Origin: an uncultured Gammaproteobacteria bacterium
Lineage (GTDB): Bacteria; Pseudomonadota; Gammaproteobacteria; Steroidobacterales; Steroidobacteraceae
Length of the DNA: 64,000 nucleotides
Direction of reading: 5' to 3'
Assembly: GCA_963819195.1 (NCBI GenBank)
Contig: CAWFVL010000012.1
Span: forward strand, 7,561 to 71,560
Shown here: piece after piece, positions 1 to 11,891 of the stretch
How positions within the stretch are numbered: position 1 is the first letter of the stretch
Layout: every line of letters starts with the position of its first letter
Position numbers and translations under genes: made by a program
The notes under the pieces: generated by a model
The model's input: the letters and a program-made list of their open reading frames with translations, nothing else
What the model was told of the DNA's origin: nothing
Databases searched by the model: none

Positions 1-63
1 CGTTTCTGGATCATCAGTTTCCTGCTGGTGCTGGCAGGCCTTTCGACGTTGAAGCTGCGATGA
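1..63 (+). CDS. mraY: C-terminal fragment of phospho-N-acetylmuramoyl-pentapeptide transferase MraY (5' end outside window)
   Basis: Frame 1 reads RFWIISFLLVLAGLSTLKLR-stop, a typical MraY C-terminus. The TGA stop (61-63) overlaps the murD ATG (60-62). Position fits dcw gene order. Confidence 0.6.
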   Translation, partial: RFWIISFLLVLAGLSTLKLR

Positions 64-1400
64 ATACCCAGCATCGCGCCGTGGTCGTGGGTTTGGGCAA
101 GAGCGGCTTCTCTGCGGCCCGCTACCTGCTCAAGCGCGGTTACGAGGTCGCGGTCACGGACAGCCGTGCCGAGCCGCCGGAGTGGCCGCGACTGACGGCA
201 TTGGGACTCGAACTGGGTCGCGAGATCACCGTGCGCCGCGGGGGTTTCGATGCCTCGCTTCTCGAGGGCGCGGATCTGCTGGTCGTCTCGCCGGGCGTGG
301 CCACGCATGGCGCCTTCTTCGATGCGGCGCGCAACCGCGGCCTCGACGCCGTCGGCGACATCGAACTGTTCGCGCGCGAGGCGCGCGCACCGGTTGCCGG
401 TGTCACCGGTACCAACGGCAAGAGCACCGTGACCACGCTGCTGGCGCAAATGGCGGCACGGTCGGGGCTTCGTATCCGCAGCGGCGGCAATCTCGGAGAG
501 CCGGCGCTCGACCTGCTGGATGACTCGGCACAACTGTATGTGCTGGAGCTGTCGAGCTATCAGCTCGAGACCACGCACTCGCTGCGCCTGGCCGCCGCCG
601 CCGTGCTCAATATCACTCCCGACCATCTGGATCGCTACCGGGATTTTGCCGACTACGCGGCCGCGAAGGCCCGCATCTTCGAGCACTGCGAGGTGGCCGT
701 CATCAACCTGGATGACCCAACCGTCGCCTCCATGATCGGCCCCGCGCGGCGACGGCTGAGCTTCTCCCTGCGCGCGGACTCGGGCGCCGACTACACCCTG
801 CTGGAGCAGGCCGATCGCAGCTGGATGGCGCGTCGCGGTGAACCCCTGATGCCACTGTCCGCCATGCGCCTTCGCGGCGCGCACAATGCCGCCAATGCGC
901 TGGCCGCGCTGGCGCTGGGCGAGGCGCTGTCGCTGCCGCTGGCGTCGATGCTCGAGGAGCTGCGCACCTTCGGCGGCCTGGAGCATCGTTCGCAGTGGGT
1001 CGCCGATGTGGGCGGCGTGAGCTTCATCGACGATTCCAAGGGCACCAACGTCGGTGCCACGCTGGCCGCGGTGGCAGGCTACGCCGGGCCGCTGCTCGTG
1101 ATTCTCGGCGGTGAGGGAAAGGGCCAGGACTTCGCGCCGCTGCGCGCGGCCTTCGCCGGCAAGGTACGGTGCGCGCTGCTGATCGGACGCGCTGCACCGA
1201 CGATCGGTGCGGCGCTCGCAGGGGCCTGCGAGTGCCGCTATGCGGACAGTCTCGAGGCGGCGGTCGAGCTGGCCGCGGCGATGGCGAGTCCCGGCGATAC
1301 GGTGCTGTTATCGCCCGCCTGCGCGAGCTTTGACATGTTCAGCGACTACGCGCAGCGGGGTCGCGCGTTCGCGGCCGCCGTGCGCAGGTTGGCGCCATGA
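60..1400 (+). CDS. murD: UDP-N-acetylmuramoyl-L-alanine--D-glutamate ligase
   Basis: 446-aa ORF with N-terminal GLGKSG dinucleotide fold and the Mur-ligase P-loop GVTGTNGKST. Position fits the dcw cluster. Confidence 0.95.
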   Translation: MNTQHRAVVVGLGKSGFSAARYLLKRGYEVAVTDSRAEPPEWPRLTALGLELGREITVRRGGFDASLLEGADLLVVSPGVATHGAFFDAARNRGLDAVGDIELFAREARAPVAGVTGTNGKSTVTTLLAQMAARSGLRIRSGGNLGEPALDLLDDSAQLYVLELSSYQLETTHSLRLAAAAVLNITPDHLDRYRDFADYAAAKARIFEHCEVAVINLDDPTVASMIGPARRRLSFSLRADSGADYTLLEQADRSWMARRGEPLMPLSAMRLRGAHNAANALAALALGEALSLPLASMLEELRTFGGLEHRSQWVADVGGVSFIDDSKGTNVGATLAAVAGYAGPLLVILGGEGKGQDFAPLRAAFAGKVRCALLIGRAAPTIGAALAGACECRYADSLEAAVELAAAMASPGDTVLLSPACASFDMFSDYAQRGRAFAAAVRRLAP

Positions 1401-2572
1401 GCAGCGCAACGCTGGCACTCTCACAGGATCAGGCCCGCAGCCGTGGACCGGCCCTGGATCCGCTGACGCTGATCCTGTCGCTGAGCATCGTACTGCTGGG
1501 CCTGGTCATGGTGACGTCGGCTTCGATCACGATCGCGGGTCACGAAGGCGACCCGTTTTCATACCTCGAGCGGCAGCTGATGCTGGTGCTCGGGGGTGTC
1601 GCGCTCGCGACGCTGGCGTTTTCCATTCCGATGCGGCGGCTCGAGCAGCTGGCGCTGCCGCTGCTGCTGGTCGCAGGCACCATGCTGTTGCTGGTGCTGG
1701 TGCCGGGCTTCGGCCATGTCGTCAATGGCAGCCGCCGATGGCTGCGGTTTGCCGGCATGAATTTCCAGGTTTCGGAAGCGGCGCGCGTCCTGACCCTGAT
1801 CTATATCGCCAGCTACGCGGTGCGATTCGAGTCGGCTTTGCGCAGCGGTCTGTCGGGGCTGGCGCGTCCCCTGGCGCTGCTGAGTGTGATGGCGGTGCTG
1901 CTGTTGCTCGAACCGGATTTCGGCGCGGCCACGGTGCTGTTTGTCACGGGTTTCGGCGTGCTGTTCCTGGCCGGCGCGCGCCTGCGCTACGTCCTCGCCA
2001 TGGTGCTGGCTGCGGGCGGATCGATGGTGCTGCTGGTGATCTTCTCCAGTTATCGCATGCGGCGCATGACCACTTTTCTCGATCCGTGGGCCGATCCCTT
2101 CAAGAGCGGATTCCAGCTCACGCAGTCGCTGATCGCCATCGGTCGCGGCGAGCTGTTCGGAGTGGGGCTGGGCGCCAGCGTGCAGAAACTGTTCTATCTT
2201 CCCGAGGCACATACCGACTTCCTGTTCGCCGTGCTGGCCGAGGAGCTGGGACTTTTCGGCGTGGCGCTGACGCTGGGACTGTTTCTGGCGCTTTCCTGGC
2301 GCGCCTTCGTGATCGCGCGCCGCGCCTACGAAGCCGGACAGAAATTCCCCTCCTATATCGCCTCCGGGTTCGGTCTCTGGCTCGGAGTGCAGGCCTGTAT
2401 CAACATCGGCGTGAACATGGGCGTGCTGCCGACCAAGGGTCTGACGCTGCCGCTCATGAGTTATGGCCGCAGCAGCCTGATCGTCACGCTGGCGTGGCTC
2501 GGCCTGGTACTGCGCGTGCACCACGAGACCGTTCGCGGCACGCGGCGCAATGCCCGGGAGACGCGCGTATGA
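1397..2572 (+). CDS. ftsW: SEDS-family peptidoglycan glycosyltransferase / cell division protein FtsW
   Basis: 391-aa polytopic membrane ORF with SEDS-like motifs (FQVSEAARV, LPEAHTDFLF, GVLPTKGLTLP). ATGA overlap with murD. Confidence 0.93.
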   Translation: MSSATLALSQDQARSRGPALDPLTLILSLSIVLLGLVMVTSASITIAGHEGDPFSYLERQLMLVLGGVALATLAFSIPMRRLEQLALPLLLVAGTMLLLVLVPGFGHVVNGSRRWLRFAGMNFQVSEAARVLTLIYIASYAVRFESALRSGLSGLARPLALLSVMAVLLLLEPDFGAATVLFVTGFGVLFLAGARLRYVLAMVLAAGGSMVLLVIFSSYRMRRMTTFLDPWADPFKSGFQLTQSLIAIGRGELFGVGLGASVQKLFYLPEAHTDFLFAVLAEELGLFGVALTLGLFLALSWRAFVIARRAYEAGQKFPSYIASGFGLWLGVQACINIGVNMGVLPTKGLTLPLMSYGRSSLIVTLAWLGLVLRVHHETVRGTRRNARETRV

Positions 2573-3708
2573 CCCTGGGCGTGCGCAGCGTTGCAGCCAC
2601 CGCCGACGCGATGCCGCTGGCGCTGATCATGGCGGGTGGCACCGGTGGTCACGTGTTTCCTGCGCTCGCCCTGGCGCGCGAACTGCACGCGCGCCGCTGG
2701 CGCGTGGTGTGGCTCGGCACCCGGCTCGGGCTCGAGTCGCGGCTGGTGCCCGCCGAACACATCGAGATCGAATGGCTGTCGGTGGGCGGACTGCGTGGCA
2801 AGGGCTGGCTGATCTGGCTGAGTGCGCCGCTGCGGCTGACGCGCGCGTTGCTGCAGGCGCTGGCCGTCATACGCCGTCGCCGGCCCTCGCTGGTGGTGGG
2901 TTTGGGCGGATTCGTCGCGGGCCCGGGTGGCCTGGCGGCGTGGCTGCTGCGCCGGCCATTGCTGATTCACGAACAGAATGCCATCGCCGGATTCACCAAC
3001 CGTTGCCTGGCGCATTTCGCACGGCTGGTGCTCACCGCCTTCCCGGACAGCTTCCGGCCCGAGGTCGGTGCCCGCGTGATCGGCAATCCCGTGCGGTCCG
3101 AGATCGCGTCGCTGCCGGCGCCGTCCCTGCGTTTCGCGACGCGCGGTCCGGGCCTGCGTCTGCTGGTACTCGGCGGCAGCCAGGGCGCGGCACGGCTCAA
3201 CGCCATCGTTCCCTACGCGCTGGCGCGATTGAGCACAACACTGAACATCGATGTGCGCCACCAATCCGGCGCGCGCTGGTTCGAGGTGACGCAACGCCAT
3301 TACGAACAGGCCGGCGTCATCGCGCGGCTGCAACCTTTCATCGACGACATGGCCGAGGCCTATGGCTGGGCGGACCTCGTGATCTGTCGCGCGGGGGCGT
3401 TGACCATTTCGGAGCTGACGGCTGCAGGCGTGGGCTCGATCCTGGTGCCGTTCCCCGCCGCCACTGATGATCACCAGACGCGCAACGCCGCCTTCCTGGT
3501 CGGTGAGGGCGCGGCCGTCATGATTGTGGAGCACCAGCTCAGCGCCGAAGCTCTGGCCGAGCAGCTCGTGACCCTGTGCAGCGGTCGCGGCCGCCTGATT
3601 GCAATGGCCGAGCGTGCGCGTGCATTGGCCAAGCCTCGCGCCACCCAGGATCTGGCCGACGCCTGTGTCGAACTGGTGCAGCACGAACGTAACGGGGTGG
3701 CCGCATGA
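2569..3708 (+). CDS. murG: UDP-N-acetylglucosamine--N-acetylmuramyl-(pentapeptide) pyrophosphoryl-undecaprenol GlcNAc transferase
   Basis: ATG at 2569 overlaps the ftsW stop (ATGA). N-terminal [12 protein letters not shown] motif. The 833-aa track ORF (1207..3708) is only an open upstream extension of this frame. Confidence 0.93.
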   Translation: MTLGVRSVAATADAMPLALIMAGGTGGHVFPALALARELHARRWRVVWLGTRLGLESRLVPAEHIEIEWLSVGGLRGKGWLIWLSAPLRLTRALLQALAVIRRRRPSLVVGLGGFVAGPGGLAAWLLRRPLLIHEQNAIAGFTNRCLAHFARLVLTAFPDSFRPEVGARVIGNPVRSEIASLPAPSLRFATRGPGLRLLVLGGSQGAARLNAIVPYALARLSTTLNIDVRHQSGARWFEVTQRHYEQAGVIARLQPFIDDMAEAYGWADLVICRAGALTISELTAAGVGSILVPFPAATDDHQTRNAAFLVGEGAAVMIVEHQLSAEALAEQLVTLCSGRGRLIAMAERARALAKPRATQDLADACVELVQHERNGVAA

Positions 3709-5162
3709 AGGCCAAGACGCCTCCAGCCGCGCGCCTGGCAGCACTGGCTGCCAACAGTGCGCGCATGCGCCGCATCGAGACCATTCATTTCGTCGGCATC
3801 GGCGGCAGCGGCATGAGCGGCATCGCCGAAGTGCTGCTGAATCTGGGCTATCGCGTGCAGGGCTCGGATCTGAAGCACAACGCCATGACCGAGCGCCTCG
3901 CGACGCTGGGGGCCACGATTCACATCGGCCATAAAGCCACCAACGCCGATCGTGCCGATGTGGTCGTCGTCTCGAGTGCGGTCGCGTCCGAGAATCCGGA
4001 GGTCCAGGCGGCGCTGGCACGCCGCATTCCGGTCGTGCCGCGCGCCGAGATGCTCGGCGAGCTCATGCGGTTTCGCGAGTCGATCGCCGTGGCCGGCACG
4101 CATGGCAAGACCACTACCACCAGCCTGATCGCCAGCGTACTGGCCGAAGGCGGCGAGGATCCGACCTTCGTGATCGGCGGCCGGCTCAAGAGCGCCGGCA
4201 CCAATGCGCGCCTCGGGGCGGGCCGGTATCTCGTGGCCGAAGCCGACGAGAGCGATGCCTCGTTCATGCACCTGCAGCCGGTAATCGCGGTCGTGACCAA
4301 TATCGACAACGATCATCTGGGGACGCATGGCGGCGATTTCGCCAAGCTGGAGCGCAGCTTCTTCGAGTTTCTGCACAACCTGCCGTTCTACGGACTCGCG
4401 GTGCTGTGCGGTGACGATGAGCATCTGCAGCAGATGCTGATACGGATGGCGCGGCCATTCCTGACCTACGGGCTGCGGGATGGCGTCGACGTGCGCGCCA
4501 CCGAACTGGCACCGGAACGCGCCGGAACGCGCTTCCTGGTGACGCGCCCCGGCCGTCCCGTGCCGCTGCCGGTGATGCTGAACCTGCCGGGCACGCACAA
4601 TGTGCGCAATGCGCTGGCGGCGATCGCGGTGGCGAGCGAGCTGGACGTGGACGATGAGGCGGTCTGCCGTGCGCTCGCGAACTTTCAGGGGATCGATCGT
4701 CGCATGCAGCACATCGGCGATGCGCGCATTGCCGGTGGGTCGGTCAGCATCGTCGATGACTACGGCCATCATCCGACCGAAATTGCCGCCACGCTCGAGG
4801 CGTTGCGCCAGGCGTGGCCGGGGCGTCGCCTGGTGCTCGCTTTCCAACCGCACCGCTACACGCGCACTCGCGATCTGCTGGACGACTTCGCCAACGTGCT
4901 TAGCCAAGCCGACGTGCTGTTCATTACCGAGGTCTACGCCGCGGGGGAGGCCGCTATCAAGGGTGCCGATGGGCGCGCGATCTGTCGTGCAGTCCGCAGC
5001 CGCGGCAAGGTCGAACCGGTGTTCGTCGACAAGGTCGCGAACATCGCGGCGGCACTGAGGGATGTCATCCGCCCCGATGACGTGATCGTGACCATGGGTG
5101 CGGGACATATCGGCGCGGTCGCGCAGGAACTGCCGGCGGCGCTGGAGCGGGGACGCGCATGA
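3705..5162 (+). CDS. murC: UDP-N-acetylmuramate--L-alanine ligase
   Basis: 485 aa with [14 protein letters not shown] and the Mur-ligase P-loop AGTHGKTTT. Overlaps the murG stop. Confidence 0.95.
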   Translation: MKAKTPPAARLAALAANSARMRRIETIHFVGIGGSGMSGIAEVLLNLGYRVQGSDLKHNAMTERLATLGATIHIGHKATNADRADVVVVSSAVASENPEVQAALARRIPVVPRAEMLGELMRFRESIAVAGTHGKTTTTSLIASVLAEGGEDPTFVIGGRLKSAGTNARLGAGRYLVAEADESDASFMHLQPVIAVVTNIDNDHLGTHGGDFAKLERSFFEFLHNLPFYGLAVLCGDDEHLQQMLIRMARPFLTYGLRDGVDVRATELAPERAGTRFLVTRPGRPVPLPVMLNLPGTHNVRNALAAIAVASELDVDDEAVCRALANFQGIDRRMQHIGDARIAGGSVSIVDDYGHHPTEIAATLEALRQAWPGRRLVLAFQPHRYTRTRDLLDDFANVLSQADVLFITEVYAAGEAAIKGADGRAICRAVRSRGKVEPVFVDKVANIAAALRDVIRPDDVIVTMGAGHIGAVAQELPAALERGRA

Positions 5163-6151
5163 ACCTGAGCATTACCCCGGAATTCATGACGCGCGTGCGC
5201 TGGCACGAGCCCATGGCGAATCACACCTCGTGGCGTGTGGGCGGACCGGCCGACATGTTCTTCCTGCCGCGCGACATCGAGGATCTGTCCGCCTTCCTGC
5301 GCGTGCTGCCGGCGCATGTGCCGGTGTACTGGGTTGGCCTCGGCAGCAATCTGCTGGTGCGCGACGGCGGCATCCGCGGTGCCGTGGTCGCGACTTCGGG
5401 CGCGTTCACGCGTATCGAGCGACGTTCGCAGAGCCGCGTCTACTGCCAGGCGAGCGTGCCCTGCGCGCGCATCGCGCGCGCCTGTGCCGGCTGGGGGCTG
5501 ATGCAGGCGGAGTTCTTCGGAGGCATACCGGGAACCTTTGGCGGCGCGCTGGCCATGAATGCCGGCGCCTTCGGCGATGAAACCTGGCGCCATGTCATCA
5601 GCGTGGAAACCATCGATCGCCGCGGCCAGCGCCACACGCACCAGGCGGCGGAATACCAGGTCGGCTATCGGCAGGTGAAAGCGCCTGCCTCGATGCAGGC
5701 ACCTGGCGGCGAGCAGTGGTTCCTGTCGGCCGAGTTGCAGTTCGAACCGCAGGGTAGCGAGCCGCGCAGCAGCGTCCGATCGCTGACCGAGCGGCGCAAG
5801 CAGACCCAGCCGCTCGGGCAGTGGAGCTGCGGCTCGGTGTTCAAGAATCCAGCCGGCGATCACGCTGCGCGCCTGATCGAGGCCTCGGGCCTGAAGGGCT
5901 ATCGGGTCGGCGATGCCGTGGTGTCGGAGAAGCACGCTAACTTCATCATTAACGAAGGTCATGCTTCGGCGAGCGAGCTCGAGCAGGTGATCCGCCATGT
6001 GCAGCGCACCGTGCGCAACCTGCACGGCGTCTGCCTCGAGACCGAAGTGCGCATCGTTGGTGAGGGCGGGCCCTCGATGGCGGAGGAAAACGAGATCTAC
6101 CAGCGGGCGACGGATGGCCAGGACGGTGGCGACGGGGAGGCTGGAAGCTGA
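5159..6151 (+). CDS. murB: UDP-N-acetylenolpyruvoylglucosamine reductase
   Basis: 330 aa with MurB-like N-terminal FAD-binding region ([13 protein letters not shown]) and C-terminal SCGSVFKNP motif. Position fits dcw order. Confidence 0.9.
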   Translation: MNLSITPEFMTRVRWHEPMANHTSWRVGGPADMFFLPRDIEDLSAFLRVLPAHVPVYWVGLGSNLLVRDGGIRGAVVATSGAFTRIERRSQSRVYCQASVPCARIARACAGWGLMQAEFFGGIPGTFGGALAMNAGAFGDETWRHVISVETIDRRGQRHTHQAAEYQVGYRQVKAPASMQAPGGEQWFLSAELQFEPQGSEPRSSVRSLTERRKQTQPLGQWSCGSVFKNPAGDHAARLIEASGLKGYRVGDAVVSEKHANFIINEGHASASELEQVIRHVQRTVRNLHGVCLETEVRIVGEGGPSMAEENEIYQRATDGQDGGDGEAGS

Positions 6152-7122
6152 TGCGGCTGCAGTACGACCCCCGCGGCACTCGCCGCATCGAGGCGGCATC
6201 GCAGTTCGGCCGCGTGGCGGTGCTGCTGGGCGGCAACTCGAGCGAGCGCGAGGTTTCCCTGATCAGCGGCAAAGCGGTACTCGCTGGACTCGAGCGGCGC
6301 GGACTCGACGTGATCGGTTTTGATCCGGCCGAGCGCGCATTGACGGATTTGCTGACGCTGAAGATCGACCGCGTCTGGATTGCGCTCCACGGCCCGGGCG
6401 GCGAGGACGGCACCGTGCAGGGCGCGCTGGAATTCCTCGGCATCCCCTATTCGGGCAGCGGCGTCATGGGCTCGGCCATCGGCATGGATAAGCTGCGCAC
6501 CAAGCGACTCTGCCAGGCCGTGGGCGTTCCCACCTCGCCGTTCGTGGTGTTGCGCGACGCGCAGGACCTGGCCACCGCGGTGGACACCCTGGGCCTGCCG
6601 CTCTTCGTGAAACCCGGCTCGCAGGGCTCCAGTGTCGGCATGGCGCGGGTCGAACGCGCAGAGGATCTGAAAGCGGCCTGGGAGCAGGCGCTGCGTTACG
6701 ACCCGGTCGTGTTTGCGGAAAGCCTGATCCCGGGTGCCGAGTACACCGTGTCGATATTGCAGGGAAGCGCGCTGCCGTCGATCCGCATCGAAACGCCGCG
6801 CACTTTCTACGACTACGAGGCCAAGTATCTGCGCAATGACACGCGCTACTTCTGTCCGTCTGGATTATCCGGTCCGGCGGAAGAGCATCTGGGCCGGCTG
6901 GCGCTGGCAGCCTACGACGCCTGCGGCGCGGAAGGCTGGGGCCGGGCCGATTTCATGATGGACCGCACCGGGCGGCCACTGCTGCTGGAGATCAACACCG
7001 TGCCGGGCATGACCGATCACAGCCTGGTGCCGATGGCGGCGCGCACGGCCGGTATGGATTTCGACGAACTGGTGTGGCGCGTGCTCGAGACCAGTTTCGT
7101 GCGCACGGTGCGGCGGGATTAA
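6151..7122 (+). CDS. ddl: D-alanine--D-alanine ligase
   Basis: 323-aa ATP-grasp protein with GGNSSEREVSLISG and EINTVPGMT motifs. The start overlaps the murB stop by 1 nt. Confidence 0.93.
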   Translation: MRLQYDPRGTRRIEAASQFGRVAVLLGGNSSEREVSLISGKAVLAGLERRGLDVIGFDPAERALTDLLTLKIDRVWIALHGPGGEDGTVQGALEFLGIPYSGSGVMGSAIGMDKLRTKRLCQAVGVPTSPFVVLRDAQDLATAVDTLGLPLFVKPGSQGSSVGMARVERAEDLKAAWEQALRYDPVVFAESLIPGAEYTVSILQGSALPSIRIETPRTFYDYEAKYLRNDTRYFCPSGLSGPAEEHLGRLALAAYDACGAEGWGRADFMMDRTGRPLLLEINTVPGMTDHSLVPMAARTAGMDFDELVWRVLETSFVRTVRRD

Positions 7123-7126
7123 GACG

Positions 7127-7939
7127 ATGCTCAATCGCAAGCGCAACACCCGTCGCCCGCTGCCGCGCACGCGTCGTTTCAAATTGCCCGCATTCAATTG
7201 GCGGCGCATCGGCCTGACCACCAGTGGCGTGGCCGTTTCGGCGCTGGCCGTAGTCGGCCTCGTGTGGCTGCTCGATCAGCCAATACAGCGCGTGATCGTC
7301 ACCGGGCGGCTGCAGCGCGTCTCCGCCATGGATGTCGAGCAGGTGGTGCGCGGCCGCCTCAGGGGTGCGGGGCTGGTGAGCGTCGATCTGGAGGACATCG
7401 GTGTCGGCCTGCGATCGCTGCCCTGGGTCGACAGCGCCGCCGTGCAGCGCAGTTGGCCGCGCGGATTAAAGATCGACATCATCGAGCAGACCGCGGTCGC
7501 GCGCTGGAATGAATCCGGCCTCGTGAATGCGCGCGGCCAGCTGTTCCAGAGCGAGGCGCACTTCATACCGCCGGAACTGCCGCAGCTGGCGGGCCCCGCC
7601 GGCTCCGAGGAGGAAGTGACCGCGCGCTATCTTGCCACGCAGGGCCGGCTCACCGAGGTCGGGCTGCGCCTCGCGGCGCTCGATCTGGATGCGCGCGGTG
7701 CCTGGGCTCTCACGCTCGACAACGGCGTGCAGGTGCGCCTGGGCAGGCAGCAGGTCGATGCGCGGTTCGAACGTTTCATGCTGGTGGCCGCCAAGCTGGT
7801 GAGTCAGCGTGCCGCGGACATGGCGTATGTCGATCTGCGCTACAGCAATGGTTTCGCCGTGGGCTGGAAGGGCGGCAGTCATCTCGCGCAGGGCGCTGCC
7901 TCCCCATCGACGCATGAAGGAGCGCACGGCATTGGCTAA
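7127..7939 (+). CDS. ftsQ: cell division protein FtsQ
   Basis: 270 aa with a basic N-terminus, one TM helix, then a POTRA-like region. Lies between ddl and ftsA. Confidence 0.85.
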   Translation: MLNRKRNTRRPLPRTRRFKLPAFNWRRIGLTTSGVAVSALAVVGLVWLLDQPIQRVIVTGRLQRVSAMDVEQVVRGRLRGAGLVSVDLEDIGVGLRSLPWVDSAAVQRSWPRGLKIDIIEQTAVARWNESGLVNARGQLFQSEAHFIPPELPQLAGPAGSEEEVTARYLATQGRLTEVGLRLAALDLDARGAWALTLDNGVQVRLGRQQVDARFERFMLVAAKLVSQRAADMAYVDLRYSNGFAVGWKGGSHLAQGAASPSTHEGAHGIG

Positions 7940-9167
7940 GAAAACCGACAGAGACATCGTCGTCGGTCTCGATATCGGCACCTCCAAGGTGCTGGCGCTG
8001 GTGGGTGAGATCACGGCGGACGGCGCCATCGAGGTCATAGGCATGGGCAGCCAGCCCTCGCGCGGCCTCAAGAAAGGCGTGGTCGTCAACATCGAGTCCA
8101 CCGTGCAGTCGATTCAACGCGCGGTCGAGGAAGCCGAGCTCATGGCCGACTGCGAGATCAATGCCGTTTACGCCGGCATTGCCGGCAGTCACGTGCGCAG
8201 CCTCAACTCGCACGGCGTCGTTGCGATCCGCGATCGTGAAGTCACGCACGGCGACGTCGAGCACGTGATCGATGCCGCCAAGGCGGTCGCCATTCCGGCC
8301 GACCAGCGCATCCTGCACGTGCTGCCGCAGGAATTTCTGATCGACGGCCAGGAAGGCATCCGCGATCCGATCGGCATGTCGGGCGTGCGCCTCGAGGCCA
8401 AGGTCCACATCGTCACGGGCGCGGACAGTGCGGCGCAAAACATCATCAAGTGCGTGCAGCGCTGCGGCCTGGTGGTCGAGGACGTGGTGCTCGAACAGCT
8501 CGCCTCGAGCTTCGCGGTGCTGACCGAGGATGAAAAGGAGCTCGGTGTGTGCCTGGTCGATGTCGGCGGTGGCACCACCGATATCGCGGTGTTCTCGGGC
8601 GGCGCGATCCGCCATACCGCGGTGATTCCGATCGCGGGCGACCAGGTCACCAACGACATCGCCGTGTCGATGCGCACCCCGACCCAGTACGCGGAGGAAA
8701 TCAAGATCCGCTACGCCTGCGCCCTCTCGCAACTCGCCAATCCCGATGAAAGCATCGAGGTGCCGAGCGTGGGTGACCGGCCGTCGCGGCGTCTGGCAAG
8801 GCAGACCCTCGCCGAAGTGGTCGAGCCCCGCTACGAAGAACTGTTCAACCTGATCCGCGAGGAGCTGCGGCGCAGCGGCTTCGAGGAGATGGTCGCCGCC
8901 GGCATCGTGCTGACGGGCGGCAGCGCGCGCATGGAAGGGGCGATCGAACTCGCCGAGGAGATCTTCCACGTGCCGGTGCGGCTCGGACTGCCCGGCCACG
9001 TCAGGGGCCTCTCCGATGTCGTGCGCAATCCTATTTATTCAACTGGCGTGGGGCTGTTGCTCTACGCCCGCGAGAACGCCGCGCCAGCTTCACGTTCCGC
9101 GGCGTTGACCGGCAATGTGGCCGGCGCATTTGGGCGCGTGAAGAGCTGGTTCAAAGGCAATTTCTGA
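7914..9167 (+). CDS. ftsA: cell division protein FtsA
   Basis: Actin-like ATPase with [11 protein letters not shown] phosphate-1 motif. Preferred start is ATG 7914 (alternative TTG 7932). The track ORF start at 7809 lies inside ftsQ. Confidence 0.92.
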   Translation: MKERTALAKKTDRDIVVGLDIGTSKVLALVGEITADGAIEVIGMGSQPSRGLKKGVVVNIESTVQSIQRAVEEAELMADCEINAVYAGIAGSHVRSLNSHGVVAIRDREVTHGDVEHVIDAAKAVAIPADQRILHVLPQEFLIDGQEGIRDPIGMSGVRLEAKVHIVTGADSAAQNIIKCVQRCGLVVEDVVLEQLASSFAVLTEDEKELGVCLVDVGGGTTDIAVFSGGAIRHTAVIPIAGDQVTNDIAVSMRTPTQYAEEIKIRYACALSQLANPDESIEVPSVGDRPSRRLARQTLAEVVEPRYEELFNLIREELRRSGFEEMVAAGIVLTGGSARMEGAIELAEEIFHVPVRLGLPGHVRGLSDVVRNPIYSTGVGLLLYARENAAPASRSAALTGNVAGAFGRVKSWFKGNF

Positions 9168-9204
9168 CTCACCGACTGGGCGAACCCGTAAGGAGCTGAC
9201 TGAC

Positions 9205-10464
9205 ATGTTCGAACTAATGGACTCCTACAGCCAGAGCGCTGTAATCAAGGTAATTGGGGTGGGAGGCGGCGGTGGCAACGCGGTCTCGCACATGGTCATG
9301 AGCGGCATCGACGGTGTCGACTTCATCTGCATCAACACCGATTCGCAGGCGCTGAAGGCCTCCAAGATCAAAACCTCGCTGCAGATCGGCGCCAACATCA
9401 CCAAGGGATTGGGCGCGGGTGCCGATCCGGAGATCGGGCGCCAGGCAGCGATGGAAGATCGCGATCGCATCATCGAACTCATCGAAGGCTGCGACATGCT
9501 GTTCATCACCGCCGGCATGGGAGGCGGTACCGGTACCGGCGCGGCGCCGGTGGTGGCGCAGATCGCGCGCGAGCTCGGCATCCTGACGGTGGCCGTGGTC
9601 ACCAAGCCTTTCCAGATGGAAGGCAGCAAGCGCGCCATGGTGGCCGATCACGGCATCGCGGAACTGACCAAGAACGTGGATTCGCTGATCACGATTCCCA
9701 ATCAGAAGCTCCTCACGGTGCTGGGCGCCTCCACAACGCTGCTGGACGCCTTCAAGTCCGCGAACCAGGTGCTGCAGGGAGCGGTACAGGGCATCGCCGA
9801 GTTGATTACGCGACCCGGTCTCATCAACGTCGACTTTGCCGATGTGCGTACGGTCATGAGCGAGACCGGCATGGCCATGATGGGCAGTGGGGCTGCCGCG
9901 GGCGAGAATCGTGCGCGCCAGGCCGCCGAAGCCGCGGTTTCATCGCCGCTGCTGGAGGACATCAATCTGGCCGGTGCGCAGGGCATCCTCGTCAACGTCA
10001 CCGCCGGCCTGGATCTGTCGATCGGCGAGTTCGAGGAGGTCGGAACCATCGTCAAGGAATACGCCTCCGAGGATGCGACCGTCGTGGTTGGCACCGTGAT
10101 CGACCCGGAAATGTCAAATCAGATCCGCGTTACCGTGGTGGCGACCGGCCTGAACGGCAGCACCGCCACTCGCGGCCGGGCCGACGTGCCTCGCGAAGGG
10201 CTGCTGGAGCGGCCGACCGCGATGGGGCGCGAAACGCTGTCACGCGGTGCAGCGATGGCGCTGCGTGAGTCGGTGAGTTCACGCGCGGAACAAATGGCGC
10301 AGCGCTCGGCTAAAGCCCGTGGCCCCATGACTCCGAGCGATTATTCGGCACTCGACAAGCCGACGATCGTGCGGCAGCGGGCCGTAGGCGATGACCTACG
10401 CGCGGATGCGGATCCCGAGGAACTGCTGGATATCCCGGCATTTCTGCGGAGGCAGGCGGATTGA
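9205..10464 (+). CDS. ftsZ: cell division GTPase FtsZ
   Basis: 419 aa with tubulin signature [10 protein letters not shown] and C-terminal DIPAFLRRQ peptide. Confidence 0.97.
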   Translation: MFELMDSYSQSAVIKVIGVGGGGGNAVSHMVMSGIDGVDFICINTDSQALKASKIKTSLQIGANITKGLGAGADPEIGRQAAMEDRDRIIELIEGCDMLFITAGMGGGTGTGAAPVVAQIARELGILTVAVVTKPFQMEGSKRAMVADHGIAELTKNVDSLITIPNQKLLTVLGASTTLLDAFKSANQVLQGAVQGIAELITRPGLINVDFADVRTVMSETGMAMMGSGAAAGENRARQAAEAAVSSPLLEDINLAGAQGILVNVTAGLDLSIGEFEEVGTIVKEYASEDATVVVGTVIDPEMSNQIRVTVVATGLNGSTATRGRADVPREGLLERPTAMGRETLSRGAAMALRESVSSRAEQMAQRSAKARGPMTPSDYSALDKPTIVRQRAVGDDLRADADPEELLDIPAFLRRQAD

Positions 10465-10584
10465 GCCCGCGTAAGCGACTGCGCTGAGCGCGGCGTCGCA
10501 GCCGCCGCTGTGATACGTTAGCGCCCTTCTTTGGAAGCGGCGCTGGCGCTGGGTTCTTAACGTAATTCGGCTAGGTTCAAGCAT

Positions 10585-11523
10585 ATGGTCGGCCAAAGAA
10601 CACTCAGAACATCAATTCGAGCCACAGGGGTCGGACTGCACACGGGCAAGAAGGTCATGATGACCCTGCGCCCGGCGCCGCCTGATTCGGGGATCTGTTT
10701 CCGGCGTGTCGATCTGCCGCAGCCGGTGGACATTCCGGCACGCGCGGAGAATGTGGGCGAGACCACGCTCGGTACCACACTGGTACAGGGCGATGCCCGT
10801 GTATCAACGGTCGAGCACCTGCTGTCGGCCTTCGCCGGACTCGGCATCGACAATGCCATCGTCGAAGTCACCGCCAGCGAAGTGCCGATCATGGACGGCA
10901 GCGCAGGACCGTTCGTGTTCCTGCTGCAGTCGGCCGGCATCGAGGAACAGCTGGCGCCCAAGCGCTTTATTCGCGTCAAGAAGAGCGTGCATGTCACCGA
11001 CGGTGACAAGTGGGCGCGCTTTGATCCGTTCGAGGGCTTCAAGGTCAATTTTGAAATCGAGTTCGATCACCCGGTGTTCAAGCGCCGGTTGCAGCGGGCG
11101 ACGATGGATTTCTCGACCACCTCGTTCCTGAAGGAGATCTCGCGCGCGCGCACTTTCGGCTTCATGCGGGATCTGGAGACCTTGCGCGCGCACAACCTCG
11201 CTCTCGGCGGCACGCTCGACAACGCCATCGTGCTCGACGATGTGGGCGTCGTTAACGAGGACGGGTTGCGCTACGAGGATGAGTTTGTAAAGCACAAGAT
11301 CCTCGACGCGATCGGCGATCTCTATCTGCTGGGCCACAGCCTGATCGGCGCCTTCAGCGGGCACAAATCGGGGCATGGTCTGAACAACGCGTTGCTGCGT
11401 GCTTTGCTCAAGGATCGCGACGCCTGGGAAGAGGTCGTGTTCGAGCGCCCGGAACTGGCGCCGATCTCGTATGTGCAGGCCTACGCGGCCCCCGCGCTGA
11501 CGCCCACCGCCCTGGCTTCCTAG
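10585..11523 (+). CDS. lpxC: UDP-3-O-acyl-N-acetylglucosamine deacetylase
   Basis: 312 aa. N-terminus [21 protein letters not shown] and the HKSGH motif are typical of LpxC. Conserved position after ftsZ. Confidence 0.95.
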   Translation: MVGQRTLRTSIRATGVGLHTGKKVMMTLRPAPPDSGICFRRVDLPQPVDIPARAENVGETTLGTTLVQGDARVSTVEHLLSAFAGLGIDNAIVEVTASEVPIMDGSAGPFVFLLQSAGIEEQLAPKRFIRVKKSVHVTDGDKWARFDPFEGFKVNFEIEFDHPVFKRRLQRATMDFSTTSFLKEISRARTFGFMRDLETLRAHNLALGGTLDNAIVLDDVGVVNEDGLRYEDEFVKHKILDAIGDLYLLGHSLIGAFSGHKSGHGLNNALLRALLKDRDAWEEVVFERPELAPISYVQAYAAPALTPTALAS

Positions 11524-11891
11524 CTCATCGAGACCCGCACGCGGGTGCGCTGTACGGCGCCATCGCGGGCGGCAATCTGCGCTTCCAGGGCAGCGAGCGC
11601 ATAGCGCAGCCGTTCGCACCAGGCGGGAGAGTCGGCCAGCACCACCAGTTCGGGGCCTTTGGGCACGACGTTAACAATATGTGGCCCCAGCTCGGGCGGC
11701 AGCACGGACTGGAACCAGATCACCCAGGCTTTTTGAGCAGGGACCCGCGCCGCCAGTGCTGTCAGAGCCGGCCGACGGGCGAGTAAGTCATTGATCGACG
11801 CTGGCGCTTTACGGAATCCGGCCTTGGATGGGAGAAATCGTGCTCGAGTCTTCTTGTCAGGTGTGGGCTTCTTGGGCATAGTCAGATGCAC
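11520..11891 (-). CDS. DUF721 (DciA-like) domain protein
   Basis: 123-aa ORF convergent with lpxC (4-nt overlap). Basic N-terminus followed by a ...[23 protein letters not shown]... segment resembling DUF721 proteins, which occupy the lpxC-secA interval in related gammaproteobacteria. Family assignment is from memory, not searched. Confidence 0.5.
   Translation of the reverse strand: MHLTMPKKPTPDKKTRARFLPSKAGFRKAPASINDLLARRPALTALAARVPAQKAWVIWFQSVLPPELGPHIVNVVPKGPELVVLADSPAWCERLRYALAALEAQIAARDGAVQRTRVRVSMS

Noticed and set aside
1207-2568. The upstream 454 codons of the 833-aa track ORF 1207..3708, which looks like a giant murG.
   Set aside because: The murG homology begins at ATG 2569 ([12 protein letters not shown] follows). 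The upstream part overlaps murD/ftsW in another frame and translates to low-complexity Arg/Ala-rich sequence.
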